From an uncultured virus (IMG/VR IMGVR_UViG_2519899647_000001) (Duplodnaviria > Heunggongvirae > Uroviricota > Caudoviricetes): a stretch of 20,000 bases of DNA. The notes under the pieces were generated by a model. That model saw only the letters and a list, made by a program, of their open reading frames with translations. It did not search any database and was not told where the DNA came from. The stretch lies in IMG/VR virus record IMGVR_UViG_2519899647_000001, one strand, 5' to 3'. Each line of letters starts with the position of its first letter. Within the stretch, counting starts at the first letter, position 1. Shown here one piece after another: positions 8,399 to 15,593 of the stretch. The translations under genes and the position numbers were made by a program.

Positions 8399-10869
8399 TG
8401 GATGTACTCAAAGGGAAGAAAATCATGGTGTGGACTTTCATGGGCACCGCCAGGATGTATACGGCTCTTCGGAACTACGGTGACCGCATCAGCCAGATTG
8501 GACTGTTTTCATTCAAAGTCAGAGCGACTGGGGAAATCTATGAAACAGGCGTCAGCATTTCAAGTATGCTGACCTACATCAATATGTACCCGCACATCAA
8601 GTGGCTGCTGACCGTGGCGAATGACGGCACAAACAGCATCTTCCGCGCCTTAAGGGACAACATAAACGGCGCACAGGATACTTTCCTCTCGGAAATCGTC
8701 CGCATTATGCAGAAATACCCGTGGTGTGACGGCATCGACATCGACCTTGAGAAAGGCGATGGATATTCCACGCACGAGGAATCTACGGCGATGTTCCGCA
8801 ATATCTACAACACGGTCAAGGCATACGACTCATCCAAGCTGATGAATATCTGCCTGCCGGGTATGACAAGCGTCAACGGCTCAGTCGGCGGTGAGAACTG
8901 GTGCGTGTATGCCGACCTCAACAATTACTGCGATACCGCATCCATCATGAGCTACGGTATGGCGTGGGCAGGCTCCGCGCCGGGGCCTGTGTCCCCACGC
9001 TCTTGGCTTGAGGGAATCTACGACTATGCATCCCAGGTCATGGATACGGACAAGGTGTTCCTCGGTATGCCCGCCTACGGTTGGAACTGGCAGATATACG
9101 ACCTGCCTTCCAATATCGGCAAGACCTATCGAGGCACCTCGCAGACCTACTACGCCGCACAGAACTGGCTGAAGGGCGTGTATAACTTTACGGACGATCA
9201 GCCGCCGCAGCCGTTTATCCCGTTCGTGGGATATTGGGACGATAACAACAAAGTGCCGTGGGCGCTCCCTCATGTGTACGACTACATGGAGGGACGGGAT
9301 GCCGACAGCTACGAGTACCCGCAGATGAGCGGGACATACAACGGCAGACATTATCTGACCGCCTATGGCAAGCAGCAGAAAACCGAGTTTGAAAACATCA
9401 TTATCGACCATGACGGTGGCAACTACGCCAGCGCATCCGGCATCGTATCCATCGAGAACGGCATCGCTACGCTCGGTGATGAAGGATCAGTCACATACCG
9501 ATTTACCGTCAACACGGCGGGAACTTATGACGTGGCTGTGCGGCTCTGTTATCCGTTTTGGGATAAGAACGGCATTTATGTATCGCTGGACGGTTCGAAT
9601 AGGCACTTCACGGAGAGCCGACTGTGGTGGCCGTACTGGAGGACTACCTTCTGGACTACACTTGCAAGCGGTGTGAGCCTATCTGCGGGAACGCATACCA
9701 TAAAGATTTCTGTCGATGTGAAGGGCGTACAGTTTTACGGTTTCCGTGTCTGCTCATCCTTTTCCGAGAAACCGTCCGCAGGAGAAGCAACCTACACCTT
9801 TTCCCCGCGACAGTTCAAAGACGTGGACGGCAATATGGTCGGTCCCGACCGTGGCTTTCGTCTGACCTTGGAGATGCTCCGCCGAAAGCCCGACTCGGCT
9901 CTTGTCTGGTATGAGGACTTCCGGGACTACGGCGTTCTTGAAACGAATTACTGGACGGTGCTGTCAGGCTCTTTTGAGGTGTGGCGGTCAGAGGAATACT
10001 CGATGGAGCGAGTTTATTCCCAGCTTGACGGCAAGGGACAGCTTGCATGGAAGTATGACGGCTTTTCGGATATCCACTTACGGGCAAGGCTGGCGTTCCC
10101 GGCAAATAGCAGCGGTCGTGCAGGAGTTTTCTGCGGCAATCTGTTCTGCTGCCTAAACTATGACAATCAAGCAGTGGAACTGTATAACGGCTCCACGCTT
10201 CTCGGCAGCTACAGTCAGGAGATCGCGAGGACGCCGAACGCCGACCTTCGGACAAATCCAAATATGTACACGGTGGAGATGCGTATCCGTGGGAACAGGG
10301 TGCGCGTTTATTCCGGTTCTTCCTATACGCTGCGGTTCACAGCAACGGTCAGCGGTTTCTCCGGCGGTTACGCAGGCTACCGATCCGACAATCGGACGGT
10401 CTGTGAACTGATGCGCCTTGGTGATGCCTGGACATATGAGCCATATGAGCGGTTCGATGTTGTCATGCCGGACGGGACGCAGAAATCATACGGCCGTATC
10501 AGCAGGAGCAACTGCACTTGGGACAGCGAGTTCCAGGTGTTTACACTGACTTCTGATATAGAGGAGACTTCTATTCGGAGCGAGGATATTTCAATGGACT
10601 ATGACTTCTTCCATTCGGATGATATGACCTCGCTTTCCTGCGGCAACGACTATCAGGCTACGGTCATTCCCGTGGACATCAACATTTGGATATCACGGCT
10701 CTTCCTCGGCGATGCGGACGGCTTTTCCATTCTCTATTACCAGGACGTGGACTCCCTCGTCTATTGGGCGAACGAGGCGGCTTATCGGTGGAAACTTCGA
10801 GGGATGTGTATGTGGTCCCTTGGGCAGGAGGACTTGCGGCTGTGGGAGTGGCTGCCGAAACAGGTCTGA
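8398..10869 (+). CDS. Glycoside hydrolase family 18 protein with inserted CBM-like and lectin-like domains, 823 aa
   Basis: Intact DGIDIDLE catalytic motif (8728-8751), IMSYG, PGPVSP, LGMPAYGWNW, C-terminal LRGMCMWSLGQED; GGAGGTG RBS, TGATG overlap. Confidence 0.88.
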   Translation: MDVLKGKKIMVWTFMGTARMYTALRNYGDRISQIGLFSFKVRATGEIYETGVSISSMLTYINMYPHIKWLLTVANDGTNSIFRALRDNINGAQDTFLSEIVRIMQKYPWCDGIDIDLEKGDGYSTHEESTAMFRNIYNTVKAYDSSKLMNICLPGMTSVNGSVGGENWCVYADLNNYCDTASIMSYGMAWAGSAPGPVSPRSWLEGIYDYASQVMDTDKVFLGMPAYGWNWQIYDLPSNIGKTYRGTSQTYYAAQNWLKGVYNFTDDQPPQPFIPFVGYWDDNNKVPWALPHVYDYMEGRDADSYEYPQMSGTYNGRHYLTAYGKQQKTEFENIIIDHDGGNYASASGIVSIENGIATLGDEGSVTYRFTVNTAGTYDVAVRLCYPFWDKNGIYVSLDGSNRHFTESRLWWPYWRTTFWTTLASGVSLSAGTHTIKISVDVKGVQFYGFRVCSSFSEKPSAGEATYTFSPRQFKDVDGNMVGPDRGFRLTLEMLRRKPDSALVWYEDFRDYGVLETNYWTVLSGSFEVWRSEEYSMERVYSQLDGKGQLAWKYDGFSDIHLRARLAFPANSSGRAGVFCGNLFCCLNYDNQAVELYNGSTLLGSYSQEIARTPNADLRTNPNMYTVEMRIRGNRVRVYSGSSYTLRFTATVSGFSGGYAGYRSDNRTVCELMRLGDAWTYEPYERFDVVMPDGTQKSYGRISRSNCTWDSEFQVFTLTSDIEETSIRSEDISMDYDFFHSDDMTSLSCGNDYQATVIPVDINIWISRLFLGDADGFSILYYQDVDSLVYWANEAAYRWKLRGMCMWSLGQEDLRLWEWLPKQV

Positions 10870-10908
10870 CAATATAACACAATACAACACACTATCTTTC
10901 GGGAAATG

Positions 10909-10936
10909 GCGATTGCTTACGGGCAGTCGCTTTTTT
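10909..10936 (+). terminator. Intrinsic terminator between tail and lysis genes
   Basis: GCGATTGCT-TACG-GGCAGTCGC hairpin followed by TTTTTT. Confidence 0.8.
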
Positions 10937-10967
10937 CATACCAAAAATGCAAAGGAGGACAAATCTC

Positions 10968-11390
10968 ATGAAAGAATTCTGGAACACCATTCAGGTAATC
11001 ATCGCGGCAATCGGAGGATGGCTCGGCTACTTCCTCGGCGGCTGTGACGGTCTGCTCATTGCACTTGTGGCGTTCGTGGCAATCGACTACATCACAGGCG
11101 TTATGTGCGCCATTGCGGACAAGAAGCTCTCCAGCGAGGTCGGTTTCAAGGGTATCTGCCGCAAGGTGCTTATTTTTCTGCTCGTGGGGATCGCCAACAT
11201 CCTCGATGTGCAGGTCATCGGCACGGGCAGTGTCCTTCGCACGGCGGTGATCTTTTTCTACATCTCCAACGAGGGTGTATCTCTCACGGAGAACGCCGCG
11301 CATCTGGGTCTGCCTATCCCGGAAAAGCTGAAAGCGGTGCTGGAGCAGCTCCATGACCGCAACACCGATGGAAAGGACGGTGACGAGTAA
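10968..11390 (+). CDS. Holin (toxin secretion/phage lysis holin family), 140 aa
   Basis: DYITG, LSS.VGFKGI.RK, NEGVSLTENA..LGLPIP motifs and hydrophobic segments. AAAGGAGG RBS supports ATG 10968. Confidence 0.92.
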   Translation: MKEFWNTIQVIIAAIGGWLGYFLGGCDGLLIALVAFVAIDYITGVMCAIADKKLSSEVGFKGICRKVLIFLLVGIANILDVQVIGTGSVLRTAVIFFYISNEGVSLTENAAHLGLPIPEKLKAVLEQLHDRNTDGKDGDE

Positions 11391-12886
11391 TGGCATACAC
11401 AAACAGTTCTATGGTGGCTTACACCAAACTCAGCCCGAACCATTCCGGGCAGCGGACGCACTCCATCGACCGTATCACTCCACACTGTGTGGTCGGTCAG
11501 TGTACGGCGGAGGGGCTTGGCGACTGGTTTGCCAAGTCCTCCACGCAGGCATCAAGCAACTATGGAATCGACAAGGATGGGCGTGTCGGGATGTATGTGG
11601 AGGAGAAGAACCGCTCCTGGTGTTCCTCCTCCAATGCAAACGACCAGAGGGCGATCACCATCGAATGCGCGTCCGACACCACGGAGCCGTATGCGTTCCG
11701 CGACATCGTTTATCAGATGCTCATTAAACTGTGCGTGGATATCTGCAAGCGCAACGGCAAGACGAAGCTGCTGTGGCTCGGTGATAAGGATAAGGCTCTC
11801 GCCTATGAACCGAAGTCCGGCGAGATGATCCTGACCGTCCACAGATGGTTTGCAAACAAAAGCTGTCCCGGCAACTGGATGTATGCCAGGATGGGCGATC
11901 TTGCGGAGAAGGTCACGGCGGCTCTCGGTAGTGGTACCGATGGTGCCAATGGTTCCACAACTACACAGGGAACACAGGCTTCTGCCTTTTCCGGGCTTTC
12001 CGAGGCGGATGTTGTAAAGAGTGTGGAAACAATGTTTACCGCAGACCAGAAGAAAACGGGCATCCTCGCATCGGTTTCGATGGCGCAGTTCATCCTCGAA
12101 TCCGGCTACGGCAAGTCGGAACTGGCGCAGAATGCCAATAATGTGTTCGGCATGAAATGCTCCCTCTCCGGCAACACCTGGAGCGGTTCGACCTGGGACG
12201 GCAAAAGCAAGTACACCAAGCAGACGAAGGAGCAGCATACGGACGGCAGCTACGAGACGATCACGGCGGACTTCCGCAAGTATCCGTGCATGGAGGACTC
12301 CATCGCCGACCACAGCGCGTATCTACTGGGTGCGAAGAACGGCAGCAAACTCCGCTATGACGGTCTGAAGGGCTGCACTGACTACAAGAAGGCTGCGCAG
12401 ATCATCAAGGACGGCGGGTATGCCACGAGTCTTACTTACGTGGAGAACCTCTGCTCAATTATCGAGCGGTGGAACCTTACGCAGTTCGATGTAAAAGAGA
12501 GCGAGACGGCTATTGCCTGGTACCGTGTCCGTAAGACCTGGGCTGATTCCAAGACACAAAAAGGCGCATATAAGATTTTGGAGAACGCCAAGAAGTGCGC
12601 TGATGCCAATCCGGGATATAGTGTGTTTGATGTAAACGGTGTAAACATCTACACACCGAAAACAACTACTCCAAACGCGCCGGATGTTCCGTTCCTCGTG
12701 CGGATCACCATCACCGACCTTAATATCCGCAAAGGGCCTGGAACGGATTATGACAGGACGCAGTTCATTCCCGTGGGTGTGTACACCATCGTGGAGGTGA
12801 AGTCCGGCAAAGGATCAGCCACCGGTTGGGGACGGCTGAAGAGCGGCGCGGGCTGGATTAGTCTCGACTTCGCCACGAGGATTTAA
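11390..12886 (+). CDS. Endolysin: Amidase_2 + GH73 glucosaminidase + C-terminal cell-wall-binding region (SH3b-like), 498 aa
   Basis: ITPHC, SSNYGI, IECA, HRWFANKSCPG (amidase); AQFILESGYG, NNVFGMK, GYAT (GH73); LNIRKGPG...WGRLKSGAGWISL (SH3-like). Confidence 0.92.
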   Translation: MAYTNSSMVAYTKLSPNHSGQRTHSIDRITPHCVVGQCTAEGLGDWFAKSSTQASSNYGIDKDGRVGMYVEEKNRSWCSSSNANDQRAITIECASDTTEPYAFRDIVYQMLIKLCVDICKRNGKTKLLWLGDKDKALAYEPKSGEMILTVHRWFANKSCPGNWMYARMGDLAEKVTAALGSGTDGANGSTTTQGTQASAFSGLSEADVVKSVETMFTADQKKTGILASVSMAQFILESGYGKSELAQNANNVFGMKCSLSGNTWSGSTWDGKSKYTKQTKEQHTDGSYETITADFRKYPCMEDSIADHSAYLLGAKNGSKLRYDGLKGCTDYKKAAQIIKDGGYATSLTYVENLCSIIERWNLTQFDVKESETAIAWYRVRKTWADSKTQKGAYKILENAKKCADANPGYSVFDVNGVNIYTPKTTTPNAPDVPFLVRITITDLNIRKGPGTDYDRTQFIPVGVYTIVEVKSGKGSATGWGRLKSGAGWISLDFATRI

Positions 12887-12888
12887 TC

Positions 12889-13014
12889 GGAACACGAGAA
12901 CACATAGGAACAGCAAATTCCTATCTCTCCGTATATAATACACATTTTTTATATACCCTATTTTCGTTCACGAAATTTATGTTGTAATAGGATTTTTCGT
13001 GTTCCTCGTGTTCC
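12889..13014. repeat. Inverted GGAACA iteron array flanking an AT-rich spacer (origin-like)
   Basis: GGAACA 12889, AGAACA 12897, GGAACA 12907; TGTTCC 13000 and 13009; perfect 10-bp inverted repeat GGAACACGAG/CTCGTGTTCC at the ends. Confidence 0.75.
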
Positions 13015-13049
13015 AACCGTTGAAAATAAAGGATTATTCGGAACAGGTA

Positions 13050-13094
13050 CGGCCTGTGGGTGTCTCTTCGGAGAGCCTGCAGGCCGCTTTTTTT
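13050..13094 (+). terminator. Intrinsic terminator after the lysis module
   Basis: CGGCCTGTGGG..TCTC-TTCG-GAGA..CCTGCAGGCCG stem with a C(UUCG)G loop, followed by seven Ts. Confidence 0.88.
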
Positions 13095-13179
13095 ATGCCA
13101 TAACGGTGGGGGTTGAATTTCTCGGTAGTGAGTGAGGGAGATACCACAAGACCTATCCCTCGGAAGGAGCCGAGAGAAT

Positions 13180-13605
13180 ATGACCGATAATCAGAAAGCG
13201 CAAATCATCAAACTCCGTGCGGCTGGAAATGGCTACGGCAAGATTGCCCAGACGCTTGGCATATCGCTGAACACAGTAAAGTCTTTCTGCCGCAGGAACG
13301 ATATCAACGGGAACACTGCAATCGAGCCTTCCGTAACGCTCACCGGCGAAACAACAGCCTGTGAGAATTGCGGTCGGGAGATTCAGCAGATCGCCAAGCA
13401 GAAGAAAAAACGCTTCTGCTGCGACAAGTGCCGTAACGAGTGGTGGAACAGCCATCTCGACCAGGTGAAGCGTAAGGCGGTCTACGATTTCAGATGCCCG
13501 CACTGCGGTAAGGAGTTCCACATTTACGGGGACAGGCGCAGGAAGTATTGTAGCCATGAATGCTACATCGCCGACCGTTTCAAAGGTGGTGACGGCGATG
13601 AATAA
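13180..13605 (+). CDS. HTH (sigma70 region 4-like) protein with two Cys-rich zinc-finger motifs, 141 aa
   Basis: GYGKIAQTLGISLNTVKSFCRR HTH; CENC..FCCDKC and CPHC..YCSHEC. AAGGAG upstream of ATG 13180. Confidence 0.8.
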   Translation: MTDNQKAQIIKLRAAGNGYGKIAQTLGISLNTVKSFCRRNDINGNTAIEPSVTLTGETTACENCGREIQQIAKQKKKRFCCDKCRNEWWNSHLDQVKRKAVYDFRCPHCGKEFHIYGDRRRKYCSHECYIADRFKGGDGDE

Positions 13606-13783
13606 AGAAGACTTCCGCAACGAAAAGCTCTATCAGACCACCATGCACCTTGCCAGGAAGATGCTCGAAGAAGGCATTATTTCCGAGGAGGAGTATCGTC
13701 AGATTGATACAATTTTCCTTGAGAAATATAAGCCTGTTTTCGGCATATTATTCTCGGATATATCGTTGACTTCCGGGGCGTAA
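13598..13783 (+). CDS. Small SHOCT-like protein, 61 aa
   Basis: MLEEGIISEEEY motif; AAAGGTGGTGA RBS; overlaps the upstream stop. Confidence 0.72.
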   Translation: MNKEDFRNEKLYQTTMHLARKMLEEGIISEEEYRQIDTIFLEKYKPVFGILFSDISLTSGA

Positions 13784-13817
13784 AGAGTGATGTATAGTGT
13801 CGGAAAGGAGTGATTTC

Positions 13818-15593
13818 ATGGCAAAAATCACAAGGGTCGAACAGGCAGTGCCGACCATAAAAACGAAGAAAAAAGTCGCTGCCTATGCTCGCATCTCGAT
13901 GGAATCGGAACGCATGAACCATTCCCTCTCCGCACAGATCAGCTACTACAGTTCCCTGATACAAAAGAATCCTGACTGGCAGTACGCAGGCGTGTTCGCG
14001 GACGATGGGATCAGCGGCACTGGCATAGCCAAGCGCGATGAATTCAAGCGTATGATCGAAGCCGCCGACAACGGCGAGATCGACATCATCCTTACGAAAT
14101 CAATCCAACGGTTCGCCAGGAACACGGTGGACCTGCTGGAGACGGTGCGGCACTTGAAGGATATCGGCGTGGAGGTGCGGTTCGAGAAAGAACACATCAA
14201 TTCCATGAGCGGTGACGGCGAGTTGATGCTGACCATCCTCGCATCTTTCGCACAGGAAGAAAGCCGCAGCCTTTCGGAGAACTGCAAATGGGGCATCAGA
14301 AAGCGTTTCGAGAAAGGGATACCGAACGGACACTTCCGGGTGTACGGGTACCGCTGGGAGGGAGATGACCTGGTCATCGTGCCGGAGGAAGCGGAAATTG
14401 TGAGACGCATCTTCCGGAACTTCCTGGACGGCAAGTCGAGACTGGAAACGGAGCGGGAGTTCGCCGCCGAAGGCATCACTACAAGAGAGGGATGCCGCTG
14501 GGTGGATTCCAACATCAAGGTGGTTCTCACAAACGTGACCTACACGGGAAACCTTCTCCTGCAGAAGGAATTCATATCCGATCCCATTTCAAAGCAGCGG
14601 AAAAAGAACAAGGGACAGCTTCCGCAGTACTATGTGGAGGACACACATCCCGCCATTATCGACAAAGAAACCTTCGATTATGTGCAGTCAGAGATTGCGC
14701 GGCGCAAGGAACTGGGACCGAGGGCAAACAAGAGCCTGAACCTCACCTGCTTTTCGGGAAAGTTGAAATGCCCGTTTTGTGGAATCAGCTATGCCCACAA
14801 TAAGCGCACGGACAGAGGGTTCATGGAGTATTGGGCTTGCGGATCACGGAAGAAAAAGGGCGGCCGGTGTCCGGTCGGCGGCAGCATCAACCACGAGAAT
14901 CTGAAAAAGGCGTGTGCCGAGGTACTCGGATTGGAAGAGTTCGATGAGGATGTATTCAGCGAGAAAGTGGATTTCATCAATGTGCCGGAACGGTATGTAC
15001 TGGAGTTCCATCTGAAGGACGGCGGCATTGTCACGAAGGACTGCCCGAACACAGGACACCAGGATTGCTGGACGGCTGAGTACAGAGCGAAAACCTCCGA
15101 GAAGCGCAGGAAGAAACCGAACTGCAAAGGTTCTTCCGTCATGACGGGGAAAATCAAGTGTGCCGGATGCGGATGCAATTTCCGCAGGGCTTCACAGCCG
15201 TCAGCTACCTCGGAAAGCGGTAAGGCGTTCTACTGGCGGTGCGCGGAGCGGAACGGCTGCGGTACGGTCGGTTTGCGAGAAGATGTGCTGAAGCCCTTTA
15301 TAGCGGAGACGCTCGGCATTCCCGAATTTGACGATGCCGAGTTTGAAAAGCGGATAGACCACATCGATGTGCTTTCCGCAACGGAGATGGTTTTCCATTT
15401 CAAGGACGGCAGGACGGTCAGCCGCACATGGGAGCAGCCGAAACGGGTCGGCAGACCGTGGACGGATGAGCAGAGAGCCAAGTTCAAGGAATCCATCAAG
15501 GGTAGGTACACGCCGGAGTTACGGCGGCAGATGAGCGAACACATGAAACAATTACGGAAGGAGCGTGGGAAAGCATGGCGCAAAGAAAAGTAA
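13818..15593 (+). CDS. Large serine recombinase 1 (catalytic + recombinase + duplicated zinc-ribbon unit), 591 aa
   Basis: AAYARIS catalytic motif, D.GISGT, TKSIQRFARN, AQEESRS.SEN, YTGNLLLQK, HPAII, two CxxC zinc ribbons; GAAAGGAG RBS before ATG 13818. Confidence 0.93.
   Translation: MAKITRVEQAVPTIKTKKKVAAYARISMESERMNHSLSAQISYYSSLIQKNPDWQYAGVFADDGISGTGIAKRDEFKRMIEAADNGEIDIILTKSIQRFARNTVDLLETVRHLKDIGVEVRFEKEHINSMSGDGELMLTILASFAQEESRSLSENCKWGIRKRFEKGIPNGHFRVYGYRWEGDDLVIVPEEAEIVRRIFRNFLDGKSRLETEREFAAEGITTREGCRWVDSNIKVVLTNVTYTGNLLLQKEFISDPISKQRKKNKGQLPQYYVEDTHPAIIDKETFDYVQSEIARRKELGPRANKSLNLTCFSGKLKCPFCGISYAHNKRTDRGFMEYWACGSRKKKGGRCPVGGSINHENLKKACAEVLGLEEFDEDVFSEKVDFINVPERYVLEFHLKDGGIVTKDCPNTGHQDCWTAEYRAKTSEKRRKKPNCKGSSVMTGKIKCAGCGCNFRRASQPSATSESGKAFYWRCAERNGCGTVGLREDVLKPFIAETLGIPEFDDAEFEKRIDHIDVLSATEMVFHFKDGRTVSRTWEQPKRVGRPWTDEQRAKFKESIKGRYTPELRRQMSEHMKQLRKERGKAWRKEK

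Noticed and set aside
10871..10890. Tandem 10-bp near-repeat AATATAACAC/AATACAACAC
   Set aside because: Two copies in low-complexity intergenic DNA; no support for a function.
10947..10970. Possible holin/antiholin dual start
   Set aside because: ATG 10947 has no RBS and sits just after the terminator; the RBS supports 10968 only.
12889..13045. CRISPR array
   Set aside because: Repeats are only 6-10 bp, inverted and irregularly spaced; no repeat-spacer pattern and no cas genes.
13180..13605. Full sigma factor
   Set aside because: Only a region-4-like HTH is present, with zinc fingers in place of sigma region 2.
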